In this document: positions 37,133-47,202 of the stretch, piece by piece
Position numbering within the stretch: position 1 is the first letter of the stretch
Layout: the number at the start of each line of letters is the position of its first letter
Assembly: GCF_035492835.1 (NCBI RefSeq)
Contig: NZ_DATJIY010000160.1
Coordinates: 34,106-98,105 of the forward strand
Reading direction: 5' to 3'
DNA: 64,000 nt
Origin: Dinghuibacter sp.
GTDB taxonomy: Bacteria > Bacteroidota > Bacteroidia > Chitinophagales > Chitinophagaceae
Translations under genes and position numbers: made by a program
Notes under the pieces: generated by a model
The model's input: the letters and a program-made list of their open reading frames with translations, nothing else
What the model was told of the DNA's origin: nothing
Database searches by the model: none

Positions 37133-40100
37133 ATGAAAAGTCTTTTTGCTGTTTGCCTATGGGCGCTATGCCTGCCCCTGCTCTCCACGGCGCAGGATAA
37201 CCTTATCAACATCCAGGGGACGGTCACGTCGGGTGGCAGCCCGGTAGCCGGCGCCACCGTAACGGTTAAGGGGGGTAAAACCGCCACTACCGCGGACGCC
37301 ACGGGGGCGTTTCACCTGCGCGTGCCTTCTGACGGTGTATTGGTCATCACCCACGTAGACTACACCACCCTGGAGGTGCCGGTCAGGGGAAAAACGTCGC
37401 TGACCATCTTATTAGAGCCCAATGAAAAAAGCCTGGGCGACGTCGTTGTGGTCGGTTACGGCACCCAAAAGAAGGCCACGCTCACAGGCTCGGTGTCGGT
37501 GGTCCAGGGGGCGGACGTGGTCAAGAGTCCCCAGCCCAATTTGTCGAATTCCCTGGCCGGTCGTTTTTCCGGTCTGATCGCCAACAATACCTCCGGCGAA
37601 CCGGGGTATGACGGTTCGGGTATCCTGATCCGGGGTCTGGCCACTACCGGGAGCAACGACGTGCTGATCGTCGTGGACGGGGTGCCCGGTCAGATAGGCG
37701 GCCTGGAACGTCTCGACCCGCACGACATCGAAAGCTTCTCCATCTTAAAGGACGCCTCGGCCGCCGTCTACGGGAGCCGGGCAGCCAACGGGGTAATCCT
37801 GATCACCACCAAAAGGGGTAAAACGGGGAAACCGGTCATCTCCTATAACTTCAACCAGGGTCTTTCGTCGCCCACGCGGTTGCCCAAGCTGGCGGACGCC
37901 GCCTTGTACGCGACCCTGATGAACGAGATCGAGTACTACGACAACCCGGCGGGTGGATTGAACCAGTTTTATACGGCGGACCAGATCCAGAAGTACCAGG
38001 ACGGGTCCGATCCTTTTTATTATCCCAATACCGACTGGCGCGGGCTGACGCTCAGGAAGAATGTCCCCCAGACCCAGCAGAACCTCAGCGTCAGCGGCGG
38101 GTCCGAAAACGTCAGGTACTTCCTGTCGGCCGGGATGACCAGCCAGGACGGCTTGTACAAGAACGGCGTCACTCACTACAACCAATATAATTTCCGCAGC
38201 AACATCGACGCCAACGTCAGCCCCCGTCTGAAGGTCGGGCTTTCCCTGTCCGGGCGCGAAGAAAGCCGGCTCTATCCGCAAACCGCGGCGGCCGACATCT
38301 TCCGCGCAATCTACCGGGCCTATCCCACCGTGCTGGCGCGATACCCCAACGGGCTGCCGACAACGGGTATCGAAAACGACAATTCCACGGTACAGGTCAC
38401 CGACGTGGGCGGCACCAATACCAATCCTACCTATGTTTTCAACGGCATATTGAAGGGTTCTTACAGCATCCCCGGCGTCAAGGGGCTGTCGGTGGACGGG
38501 TTCCTGGCCGTGGACGAGTCCTTCAGTTATGACAAGTCTTTTAGCAAGCCCTACAACCTGTATACGTATGACTCCGCCGCGAAGACCTACAACGCGGTCA
38601 TCGTAGGCGGCTCCAACAACCTGGCCACGCTTACGGAAAGCCAGCAGAACACCAGCCTCATCACCTCGAACATCAAGCTGAACTATACGCGCCAGTTCGG
38701 AGAGCACCACGTCGACGCCTTTGTCGCGTATGAACAGAGCAAGAATCACCAGGACATCCTCGGCGCCAACCGCCTCGATTTCCCCACGGCGCAGACGCCC
38801 GAATTGTCGCAGGGCGGCTCCGCCGCCACGGATCAAACCAACAGCGGCAGCAGCTACAACTTCACGCGCAAGAGCTACATCGGCAGGGCCGACTACAACT
38901 TCGAGGAAAAATACCTCCTCGAGCTCCAGGCCCGGGTCGACGGCTCGTCGACCTTCCCCGCGGGCAAGCAATACGGCTTCTTCCCCTCCGTCTCCGGCGG
39001 CTGGCGGATTTCCAAGGAAAAATGGTTCAACCTGCCCCGTGTCGTGGACGACCTGAAACTGCGCGCCAGCTACGGTACGCTGGGGAACGACAACGTGGGT
39101 CTGTTCCAATACTTCGACAACTATTCTTTCAACAACCAGTACGTCATCGGCGGCAGCATCCACCCCGGTATCGACGTAACCAAGCTGGCCAACCCCAACA
39201 TCACCTGGGAGACCGCCACCAAAATGGACCTCGGGCTCAACGCCACCCTGTTCCAGAACTTCACCCTCGAGTTCATCTACTTCCAGCAAAAACGCTCCGA
39301 CATCCTGACCCAGCGGAACGCCTCCGTTCCGCAGGTATCCGGGATCGTAAACCCCTACAACGGCGATCCGCTGACGCCTTCCGAAAACATCGGCAAGGTC
39401 AACAGCAACGGGATCGAAGCGACCCTGGGATACAGCGGCCGGGTAGGGGAGTTCAACTACACCATCGGTGGCAACATGACCTTTGCGAAGAGTAAGATCG
39501 TCTTTATCGACGAGGCCCCGGCCACCCTGGCGTACCAGCGTCAGACCGGGCACCCGCTCAACACGTATCTCCTTTACAATGCCATCGGGATATACCGCAC
39601 GGCCGACGACCTGGCCAAATACCCGCACCTGCCGGGCGCGCAGCTTGGCGACCTGATCTATAAGGACGTCAACGGCGACGGGCAGATCACAGCGGACGAC
39701 GAGACCCGGACCAAATTCGGGAACATACCCGAAGTCACCTATGGCATCCTGCTCAACGCCGCATACAAACGCGTGGACCTGTCGGTGGTCTTTGCCGGCC
39801 AGTCGGACGTCAGCCAGTACGTGCTCCCCGAATCGGGCACGGTAGGCAACTTCTACAGCAGCTGGGCGGACAACCGCTGGAGCCCGAACAACCCCAACGG
39901 TTCCTACCCCCGGGTTGACGATCGCGCGTCATCGAGCATCAACGGCGGGTTGTACAACAACACCTTCTGGCTGAACAATTCCGCCTTCCTCCGGTTGAAG
40001 AGCATCCAGCTCGGGTATACTGTAGGGAACCGGTTGCTGTCGAGGGCGAAGATTTCTTCCTTACGGTTCTACGCGAGCGCATTCAACCTGTTTACGATCA

Positions 40101-40198
40101 CCAAGGTAAAGGACTACGACCCGGAAGGCACCAGCGGCTCGGGGCAGTTCTACCCGCAACAACGCATTTTGAACGCTGGTCTTAACCTGACTTTCTAA
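37133..40198 (+). CDS. susC: SusC/RagA TonB-dependent transporter
   Basis: VVVVGYGTQKK, KDASAAVYGSRAANGVILITTKRG, NPNITWET and C-terminal YPQQR...GLNLTF. Confidence 0.97.
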   Translation: MKSLFAVCLWALCLPLLSTAQDNLINIQGTVTSGGSPVAGATVTVKGGKTATTADATGAFHLRVPSDGVLVITHVDYTTLEVPVRGKTSLTILLEPNEKSLGDVVVVGYGTQKKATLTGSVSVVQGADVVKSPQPNLSNSLAGRFSGLIANNTSGEPGYDGSGILIRGLATTGSNDVLIVVDGVPGQIGGLERLDPHDIESFSILKDASAAVYGSRAANGVILITTKRGKTGKPVISYNFNQGLSSPTRLPKLADAALYATLMNEIEYYDNPAGGLNQFYTADQIQKYQDGSDPFYYPNTDWRGLTLRKNVPQTQQNLSVSGGSENVRYFLSAGMTSQDGLYKNGVTHYNQYNFRSNIDANVSPRLKVGLSLSGREESRLYPQTAAADIFRAIYRAYPTVLARYPNGLPTTGIENDNSTVQVTDVGGTNTNPTYVFNGILKGSYSIPGVKGLSVDGFLAVDESFSYDKSFSKPYNLYTYDSAAKTYNAVIVGGSNNLATLTESQQNTSLITSNIKLNYTRQFGEHHVDAFVAYEQSKNHQDILGANRLDFPTAQTPELSQGGSAATDQTNSGSSYNFTRKSYIGRADYNFEEKYLLELQARVDGSSTFPAGKQYGFFPSVSGGWRISKEKWFNLPRVVDDLKLRASYGTLGNDNVGLFQYFDNYSFNNQYVIGGSIHPGIDVTKLANPNITWETATKMDLGLNATLFQNFTLEFIYFQQKRSDILTQRNASVPQVSGIVNPYNGDPLTPSENIGKVNSNGIEATLGYSGRVGEFNYTIGGNMTFAKSKIVFIDEAPATLAYQRQTGHPLNTYLLYNAIGIYRTADDLAKYPHLPGAQLGDLIYKDVNGDGQITADDETRTKFGNIPEVTYGILLNAAYKRVDLSVVFAGQSDVSQYVLPESGTVGNFYSSWADNRWSPNNPNGSYPRVDDRASSSINGGLYNNTFWLNNSAFLRLKSIQLGYTVGNRLLSRAKISSLRFYASAFNLFTITKVKDYDPEGTSGSGQFYPQQRILNAGLNLTF

Positions 40199-40204
40199 CG
40201 ATCA

Positions 40205-41869
40205 ATGCCAACTACAATGAAGACAGTATACATCTTTTTATGCGCGGCGGTCCTGTTTGCCTCGTGTAAGAAAAACTACCTGAATATCGTGCCCACCGAC
40301 CGGCTGTCCGACGCCGCCATCCTGGCCGACTCCTCCCTTTTCGAGGATTATGTGATCAACCGTTACCTGGGTGTCGTGCTCCAGGACAAGGAGGGCGAAG
40401 GAACGCCCCCGGGTTTCGGGCGGGGTTTCGAGTACAGCATGTGGAGCTCCATCACCGACGAATCCATCTATAACAACGACGATAACTCCTGGTTGATCGT
40501 GCGCGGACAACTGGCTCCCGAAAACACCGGTATCGCCGGGACCCTCTGGGGCAGGAGCTACCGCAGCATCCGGGAGTGCAACTGGGCCCTCACCAACATC
40601 GGTACTGTCTCCATGAGCGTCGGGCATAAGCAACGGCTTCTGGGGGAATTGCGGTTTATCCGCGCGTTCCGCTACCAGGACCTCATCCGTAACTACGGCG
40701 GTATCGTAATGATGGGCGACCGGGTCATCGACCTCGACAGCAACATGCAGGATCCTTCGCTGTATGTGCGGTCGTCCATCAAGGATTGCATCTCCTACGC
40801 CGCTACGGAGCTCGACAGCGCCGCCCAGGACCTTCCCCTGGACAACGACGGTACCTGGGCGCTCGGCCGGGCTACCAAGGGGGCGGCCCTCGCCCTCAAG
40901 GCGCGCCTGCTGTTGTACGCCGCCAGCCCGTTGTATGGGGTGGGCACCTGGCAGGACGCCGCCACCGCCGCCCAGGCGGTCATCAGTCTGAATAAATACT
41001 CGCTGGACCCCAATTACGGTTCGCTCTTCCTGAATTCTTCCTCGGGGGAAATCATCTTCGAGCGGATGTATACGATCGGCGCGCGGCACGTCTGTTTGGA
41101 GATCGCCAACGGCCCCAACGGCTACGACGGCTGGGCGGGCAACACGCCCCTCCAGAACGTGGTGGACGCCTACCAGATGAATAACGGCAAGGACATCACC
41201 GACCCGGCTTCCGGGTACGACTCCACCAACCCTTATGTGAACAGGGACCCGCGTTTCTATTCGACGATCCTTTACAACGGGGCGACATACCGCGGCCGCC
41301 AGGTACAATGTTATACACCGGGCGGGCTGGACTCCAAGGACGGTCCGTCGAACTGGAACACGACCAAGACGGGATACTACCTGCGGAAATACATGGACGA
41401 CAGCAATCCCATCGACAACCCCTGGAACGTAGCCGGTCTTCAACCCTGGATATATTTCCGGTATGCGGAAATCCTGCTCGACTACGCCGAAGCGCAGAAC
41501 GAGGCGGCGGGTCCCGATGGCACCGTGTACAGCGCAATCAACCAGATCCGCACCCGCGCGGGTATGCCCAACCTCCCCGCCGGTCTTTCACAGGCGCAGA
41601 TGCGGACCGCCGTGATGCACGAGCGGCAGGTGGAGCTGGCTTTTGAAGAACACCGCTTTTACGACGTGCGGCGCTGGAAGATCGCCGACAGCACCGAAAA
41701 CGTGCCCGCCTTCGGCATAAACGTAACCCTGAGCGGCGGCACATACGGTTATTCCCGGATCGTCGCCCTGTCGGGCAGGCTGTTTACGTCGAAGGAGTAC
41801 TGGCTTCCGATACCGCGTTCCGAGATACAGGCATCGAACAATCAATTGCAACAAAATACCGGCTATTAG
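40205..41869 (+). CDS. susD: SusD/RagB lipoprotein
   Basis: Lipobox ASC, GRATKGAA.ALKAR.LLY, RYAEILL.YAEA and ERQVELAFEEHRFYDVRRW motifs. Confidence 0.96.
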   Translation: MPTTMKTVYIFLCAAVLFASCKKNYLNIVPTDRLSDAAILADSSLFEDYVINRYLGVVLQDKEGEGTPPGFGRGFEYSMWSSITDESIYNNDDNSWLIVRGQLAPENTGIAGTLWGRSYRSIRECNWALTNIGTVSMSVGHKQRLLGELRFIRAFRYQDLIRNYGGIVMMGDRVIDLDSNMQDPSLYVRSSIKDCISYAATELDSAAQDLPLDNDGTWALGRATKGAALALKARLLLYAASPLYGVGTWQDAATAAQAVISLNKYSLDPNYGSLFLNSSSGEIIFERMYTIGARHVCLEIANGPNGYDGWAGNTPLQNVVDAYQMNNGKDITDPASGYDSTNPYVNRDPRFYSTILYNGATYRGRQVQCYTPGGLDSKDGPSNWNTTKTGYYLRKYMDDSNPIDNPWNVAGLQPWIYFRYAEILLDYAEAQNEAAGPDGTVYSAINQIRTRAGMPNLPAGLSQAQMRTAVMHERQVELAFEEHRFYDVRRWKIADSTENVPAFGINVTLSGGTYGYSRIVALSGRLFTSKEYWLPIPRSEIQASNNQLQQNTGY

Positions 41870-41886
41870 CGCGCCTCCGGCGCGCT
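41868..41886 (+). terminator. GC hairpin after susD (stabiliser or attenuator stem)
   Basis: AGCGCGCC-TCC-GGCGCGCT 8-bp stem with no U tract; followed by TGGCGCAAATT twice (41886 and 41912). Confidence 0.4.
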
Positions 41887-41932
41887 GGCGCAAATTCAAA
41901 AGCGCGCCCAATGGCGCAAATTTCTACAGACG

Positions 41933-44683
41933 ATGATCATTCCGACGCTCTTGTTGAGCCTGGCTAGTTTTACGTTTAGCGGAGGCTCCGCTAACCCCGC
42001 GGGCACCGGCGGTTTTCACGGCGTCAACTGGGCCGATCCCCACGACAACTATTCCGATTCGGTGGTCGTGCCCAGCGGACTCAGCACCAGTGACGACTAT
42101 GCCGCCGTTCAGCGTAAGTCCGGCGCCGTTCTGGCGGCCTTTAAAGAGCGCGGCGCCAACACCGTCCGGTTACCCGTCAACCCGTATACCGTGGCGGCCG
42201 ATTGGTGGAAGGCGTATGCCGGCGCCATCGACGAGGCGAAGGCGGAAGGCATGCGCGTCATCCTGGCCTACTGGGAAGGCACCGCCCACAAGGACGGCCT
42301 GATGGACGACACCACGCAGTTCTGGCGGATGTGGCAACGCATAACGACACAGTATGCCGCCGACACGAACGTCTATTTCGAGGTTTTCAACGAGCCCTTC
42401 GGATATACCGTGGCCGACCTCAAGGATTTGTATGCGCGTTGGCTCCGGCGCTATAGCGCCGTTCCCGCCGGCCGGGTCTTCCTGGACGGCGCCGGCTACG
42501 CCACCAACGTCAACGATATAGGAGCAGACAGCCGTTTCAACGGCTGCCTGCTCTCCTATCACCAATACACCTGGTTCGACAAAAAAAGAAAAACCGAAGC
42601 CGACTGGAGGGGGGCGGTGGACGACCTCGCCTATCCCGGTCGCACGGTCATGACCGAATTCGGGATACCGATGACGTCCCGGCGGAACTACGCGGACTCT
42701 TCGGGCGATCCGTCGGTCGCGTATCTGCGCGGGATCACAGGCAGGTTGCGCGCCGCGGGTATCGGCAGCGTCTATTGGCCGGGTCTGCGCAACGGGGACG
42801 TCTTCAGCCTGGTTTCTTTCCACGGCGACACGCTCCGCACCAATAATCCGAGCGGGCTGGCGCGCGTGCAGTACGGTTGGGGCATGACCCACCGCTTCAC
42901 GCTGGGGGACTCGACCTTCCTGCTCGACGGCAAACCCTTCCTCATGATCTCGGGGGAGATGCACTACGCCCGGGTCCCCCGCGAAGCCTGGCGCCAGCGG
43001 ATGCGTATGGCCAAGGCCATGGGCTTGAACACCATCGGCACCTACGTATTCTGGAACCTCCACGAGCCCGAAAAGGGCAGGTTCGACTTCACCGGGAACA
43101 ACGACATCGCGGCATTTGTCCGGACCGCGCAGGAAGAAGGGCTTTGGGTGATCCTCCGCCCCAGCCCATACGTCTGCGCGGAATGGGAGTACGGCGGGTA
43201 CCCTTACTGGCTACAGAACGAAAAGGGGCTCGTGGTGCGCAGCACTGAACCTACCTATCTAAAGGACTACAAGGAATACATCGACGCGGTGGGCCGGGAG
43301 CTGGCCCCTTTGCAGGTCAATCATGGCGGCAACATCCTGATGATCCAGGTGGAAAACGAATACGGCTCCTATGCCTCCGACAGTAACTACCTTGCGGTCA
43401 ACCGCCGGCTCTTCAGGGACGCGGGGTTTGACGGGTTGTTGTATACCTGCGACCCGGTGAGCGACGTCTCCCGCGGTCACCTCGACGGGTTATTGCCCGC
43501 CGTAAACGGACTGGTGGACCCCGCGCACATCCGGGCGGTCGTCAACCGCTACCACGGGGGTAAGGGCCCCTACTGCGTCGCCGAATGGTATCCCGCCTGG
43601 TTCGACTGGTGGGGAGAACCGCACCATACCGTGCCCGCTGCGGGTTACGCGGCCCAATTGGAGAACCTGCTGGCAGGCGGCGTGTCGATCAACATGTACA
43701 TGTTCCACGGGGGTACCACCCGCGGGTTTATGAACGGCGCCAACTTATACGATACCTCCGGTTTCCAGCCGGAGATCAGCAGCTACGACTACGACGCGCC
43801 GCTGGACGAGGCCGGTAACCCCACCGAAAAGTATATGGTATTCCGGAAGGTCATCCAGGCGCATACCGCCGGGCGGCTGCCCGACGTGCCCCCGGCCCGC
43901 CCCGCCATCGCGCTGTCCCCGGTATCTCTGGACCGCGTATCGTCGGTGTTTGAAGCATTACCCGCGCCGGTCGTGTCAGCGCGTCCCCTGACCTTCGAGG
44001 ACCTGCACCAGGCCTATGGTTACGTACTCTACCGTACGACGATCAACGGCCGCGGCCGCCGGTTGCTGCGCATCGACGGCCTGCGCGACTACGCGGTGGT
44101 ATTTGTCGATGGCGTCCGCAAAGGGATGCTCGACCGGCGCGCCAGGCAGGATAGCCTGTGGCTCGACCTGTTCGGCCCGGCGCGGCTCGACATCCTCGTC
44201 GAAAACCTCGGCCGCATCAATTTCGGGAAATACCTGCTGCAGAACCGCAAGGGGATCACCGGTAGCGTCACCCTGGGCGGGCGCGTCTTAGGTAGCTGGA
44301 ACATGTACAGGCTGCCCTTCGATACGACGCCCAAAGTCGGCGCCATCGCGGCGGCTCCCGCCAAAACCGCACCCGTCGCGACCGCGCCTGCCAAACCCAC
44401 GCCGGGCGTACCCGTCCTCAAAGCCGGCTCCTTCCAGCTCGACACCGTAGCCGACACCTACCTCGACATGAGCGCCTGGGGAAAGGGCGTCGCCTGGATC
44501 AACGGCCACAACCTCGGCCGCTACTGGCGCATCGGCCCCCAACAAACGTTGTATGTTCCCGCGGAATGGCTAAGGCGGGGCCAAAACGACGTCGTTATAT
44601 TCGACCTCCTCGGCGCCACGCCCGCCACGCTGCAGGGCCTGGATCACCCGATCCTGAACCGGCTTATGCCGCCGCTCCCGTGA
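41933..44683 (+). CDS. GH5-like domain fused to GH35 beta-galactosidase
   Basis: N-terminal GVNWAD...NTVRLP...NEP...TEFG (clan GH-A); from ~42884 SGEMHYARVP, GLNTIGTYVFWNLHE, QVENEYG, SYDYDAPL and GPQQTLYVP. Confidence 0.9.
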   Translation: MIIPTLLLSLASFTFSGGSANPAGTGGFHGVNWADPHDNYSDSVVVPSGLSTSDDYAAVQRKSGAVLAAFKERGANTVRLPVNPYTVAADWWKAYAGAIDEAKAEGMRVILAYWEGTAHKDGLMDDTTQFWRMWQRITTQYAADTNVYFEVFNEPFGYTVADLKDLYARWLRRYSAVPAGRVFLDGAGYATNVNDIGADSRFNGCLLSYHQYTWFDKKRKTEADWRGAVDDLAYPGRTVMTEFGIPMTSRRNYADSSGDPSVAYLRGITGRLRAAGIGSVYWPGLRNGDVFSLVSFHGDTLRTNNPSGLARVQYGWGMTHRFTLGDSTFLLDGKPFLMISGEMHYARVPREAWRQRMRMAKAMGLNTIGTYVFWNLHEPEKGRFDFTGNNDIAAFVRTAQEEGLWVILRPSPYVCAEWEYGGYPYWLQNEKGLVVRSTEPTYLKDYKEYIDAVGRELAPLQVNHGGNILMIQVENEYGSYASDSNYLAVNRRLFRDAGFDGLLYTCDPVSDVSRGHLDGLLPAVNGLVDPAHIRAVVNRYHGGKGPYCVAEWYPAWFDWWGEPHHTVPAAGYAAQLENLLAGGVSINMYMFHGGTTRGFMNGANLYDTSGFQPEISSYDYDAPLDEAGNPTEKYMVFRKVIQAHTAGRLPDVPPARPAIALSPVSLDRVSSVFEALPAPVVSARPLTFEDLHQAYGYVLYRTTINGRGRRLLRIDGLRDYAVVFVDGVRKGMLDRRARQDSLWLDLFGPARLDILVENLGRINFGKYLLQNRKGITGSVTLGGRVLGSWNMYRLPFDTTPKVGAIAAAPAKTAPVATAPAKPTPGVPVLKAGSFQLDTVADTYLDMSAWGKGVAWINGHNLGRYWRIGPQQTLYVPAEWLRRGQNDVVIFDLLGATPATLQGLDHPILNRLMPPLP

Positions 44684-44708
44684 GCGACAGCCTCCGCCCC
44701 CCTGAGCG

Positions 44709-45257
44709 CTAGGCTTCCGCGCCTTGCAGCTCCGGCGCCGCCGGAAAGTCCACCGGCACCTGGGTAACGCCATGCAGGTAATTGGAGATGGTCTTGTCGC
44801 CGATCACGATCAGGATGTCAACCAGGTTGGCTTCGGTATATCCTGCGACGAACAGCGCGTCTACGGTCTCCGGCGTGGGGTGTCCGCGGCGCAGCGTCGT
44901 TTCCTGGACAAAATGCGCCAGGGCATCCAGCTTGTCGTCGAAGGGCGCGCGGCCGGCGCGGAGGTCGAGGATTTGCTCCGCCGTAAAGCCGAGGCTGTGG
45001 GCGATTGCGGTGTGCGCCGCCAGGCAATAGGCGCAATGGTTGACCTGGCTGACCGCCAGGTTGATTACTTCCCTTTCTTTGGCGCTCATCGTGCTCTTCC
45101 GGTTTTGGAAGGCGAGGTAGTCGCCCAGGGCGGTTTCGTTCCGGGCCATGTACGTATACAGGTTGGGCCGGAAGCCGAGGAACTTTTTCAGGCTATCGAG
45201 CAGAGAGCGGTTGTGCGCGGACATTTCTTCGTCCCTGGGCACTGTAAGTTTCTTCAT
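44709..45257 (-). CDS. Carboxymuconolactone decarboxylase / AhpD-like peroxidase
   Basis: G..PNLY, REVINLAVSQVNHCAYCLAAH (CxxC) motif. Confidence 0.9.
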   Translation of the reverse strand: MKKLTVPRDEEMSAHNRSLLDSLKKFLGFRPNLYTYMARNETALGDYLAFQNRKSTMSAKEREVINLAVSQVNHCAYCLAAHTAIAHSLGFTAEQILDLRAGRAPFDDKLDALAHFVQETTLRRGHPTPETVDALFVAGYTEANLVDILIVIGDKTISNYLHGVTQVPVDFPAAPELQGAEA

Positions 45258-45268
45258 ACCATACAATT

Positions 45269-46021
45269 TTAAAGGGAACCCAAACCGCCATCCAGGAGCA
45301 ATTCCGCGCCGATCATAAAGGCGGATTCGTCGGAAGCGAGATATAGTGCGGCACCGGCGATCTCTTCAGGCCGGCCTAACCGCTTGAGCGGGGTGAAGTC
45401 GCCCATCGCTTTTTTCATGGCGCTGGCTTCTTCCTTCGTAGCCGCGGCCTGGTCGAAGACGTTGGTATCGACGGGGCCGGGTGTCAGCACGTTGACGCGT
45501 ATACCGCGCCCGAGCAGCTCGACGGCGAAGCTCCTGCCCAGCGAACGGATCGCGGCCTTGGTGGCCGCATACGAAGCATGGTTGGGGACCCCCATCCCGT
45601 TGACCACGGAGGAGAGGAGTATGACCGACGCCCCTTCCTTCAGATAGGGCAGCGCCTTCTGGACGGTGAAAAACGTCCCCTTGAAGTTGACGTTACTTTG
45701 CCGGTCGAACATCGCTTCCGTGAAGTCGGCCAGCGGTCCCAGTACGTAGACCGCGGCATTGGCGACCAGGACGTCGATCCCGCCGAACGTCGAGCTAACG
45801 GTGTGGTATAACTGGTCGAGGTCTTCCAGGCTGGCCGAGTCGGCTTGAACGCCCAACGCCCCGTGGCCGATTTCTTGTACGGCTTTGTCGAGGGTCGCGG
45901 CATTCCTGCCGGTGATCACCACGCGCGCGCCTTCGGCGGCGAAGCGTTTGGCGGTCGCCAGGCCGATCCCGGCGCTGCCGCCGGTGATCATGGCCGTTTT
46001 GTTGTGCAATTTTCCAGACAT
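45269..46021 (-). CDS. Short-chain dehydrogenase/reductase
   Basis: TGGSAGIG, YAATK, IRVNVLTPGP and GAELLLDGG motifs; ATG at 46021. Confidence 0.93.
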   Translation of the reverse strand: MSGKLHNKTAMITGGSAGIGLATAKRFAAEGARVVITGRNAATLDKAVQEIGHGALGVQADSASLEDLDQLYHTVSSTFGGIDVLVANAAVYVLGPLADFTEAMFDRQSNVNFKGTFFTVQKALPYLKEGASVILLSSVVNGMGVPNHASYAATKAAIRSLGRSFAVELLGRGIRVNVLTPGPVDTNVFDQAAATKEEASAMKKAMGDFTPLKRLGRPEEIAGAALYLASDESAFMIGAELLLDGGLGSL

Positions 46022-46098
46022 TGTGTTCAATTTTGTACCACAAATGTCCGACGCGGGCCCCTCGCGGAAAATCGACCAGGATCAAAAAAGAGGATGTA

Positions 46099-46689
46099 CT
46101 AGTGCAACTTTTTGACCTTCTTGTTGCGGATTTTCGATAGAAAACCGGTGGTCATCCCCAAAAAAGACGCCAGCACGTATTGCGGCAATTCCTCCGCCAG
46201 CGTGGGATACCGGGCGACGAAGTCGTTGTAGCGCTCTTCCGCCGTCTGGGTCAGCGAGGAGATCACCCGCCGCTGCTGATAGGACGCGGACCGCTCCGCC
46301 ATGATCCGGAAAAGGGTTTCGAATTTATGATTGGCGGCCTTGAGCCATTTTTCGTCTTCGTATTCAATTTGGAGCACCGTGCCGTTGGTCAGCGCCTCTA
46401 CAAACATCGTCGCCGGCGTCTGGTTAACGTAGCTGCCATAGTCGGAAATCCACCAGTCCGGACCCGCCACCTGGATGGTCTGGTCCGCGCCCTGGTTGTC
46501 GATGACAAAGGCCCTGAGCAGGCCATCGACGACATAGTTCCGTGTCCGCGCGACAAATTCCGGCTGGATGATGTATTGCTTGCGGCGCACTTTTTTTTCC
46601 TTGAACCGGTCGAGGACTACGGCCACCTCGGTGTCGGTCAGCGGGACCCGGAGGAGGAGGTGTGTTTTGAGCTTGTCAAAGGCGTCCAT
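46099..46689 (-). CDS. Crp/Fnr family regulator
   Basis: cNMP-binding fold and C-terminal ERY..F...YP......PQY.LASFLGMT..FLSKIR. Confidence 0.9.
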   Translation of the reverse strand: MDAFDKLKTHLLLRVPLTDTEVAVVLDRFKEKKVRRKQYIIQPEFVARTRNYVVDGLLRAFVIDNQGADQTIQVAGPDWWISDYGSYVNQTPATMFVEALTNGTVLQIEYEDEKWLKAANHKFETLFRIMAERSASYQQRRVISSLTQTAEERYNDFVARYPTLAEELPQYVLASFLGMTTGFLSKIRNKKVKKLH

Positions 46690-46691
46690 CC

Positions 46692-46715
46692 GGCAAAGAT
46701 AGCCGTATCTTTGCC
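46692..46715. promoter_or_regulatory. Back-to-back -7 promoter elements forming a perfect palindrome
   Basis: GGCAAAGATA-GCCG-TATCTTTGCC; each arm reads TATCTTTG (TAnnTTTG consensus) toward an ATG 5-6 nt away. Confidence 0.7.
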
Positions 46716-46718
46716 CAC

Positions 46719-47195
46719 ATGGAAACCAACCAATTCATCATCGGTCTGAATATCACCGCCTGGGACGTGCGGCTTGCCCAGGTCAATAAACAACTGGAAA
46801 AGCTGGGTCCCGCGTCCGCCGCCAAGGAGATCACCACCGGCGGCAACCCGGTCGTCTATATCCTGGGTCACCTCGTGGCCGTCCACGACAATATGGTCGA
46901 GGGGATGAACTTCGGGGCGCGGTCGTACCCGGAGCTCGACGGGCATTTCCTCAAACCTTACCAACCGGAGACGGCGTACGCGACCTTTGAAGAGCTGATG
47001 GTGAAATGGCACGCGGTCAACGCCCGTTTGAAAGAGGGCATGAGCGGGCTGACCGTGGATGGATGGCTGGCGCGTCACCACTACGTCAGCGAGGCCGACT
47101 TTGCCAAAGAGCCCCACCGCTGCGTGCTCAACCTCCTGATCAGCCGCGCGATGCACCTGGCGCACCATTCGGGGCAGCTGGCGCTCGTGAAGTAA
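46719..47195 (+). CDS. DinB family protein
   Basis: N...YILGHLVAVHD and C-terminal HLAHHSGQL metal-binding His pattern. Confidence 0.85.
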   Translation: METNQFIIGLNITAWDVRLAQVNKQLEKLGPASAAKEITTGGNPVVYILGHLVAVHDNMVEGMNFGARSYPELDGHFLKPYQPETAYATFEELMVKWHAVNARLKEGMSGLTVDGWLARHHYVSEADFAKEPHRCVLNLLISRAMHLAHHSGQLALVK

Positions 47196-47202
47196 CCAGC
47201 TT

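Noticed and set aside
37745-39628. 627-aa antisense ORF opposite susC (likewise 33679-35202, 40238-41443, 52628-53743, 27-30 kb and many others)
   Set aside because: Shadow frames expected from high-GC codon bias opposite well-supported genes; no recognisable motifs
44340-44410. Ala/Pro-rich repeat (APAKTAPVATAPAKP) inside GH35
   Set aside because: Low-complexity loop insertion with no independent evidence of function
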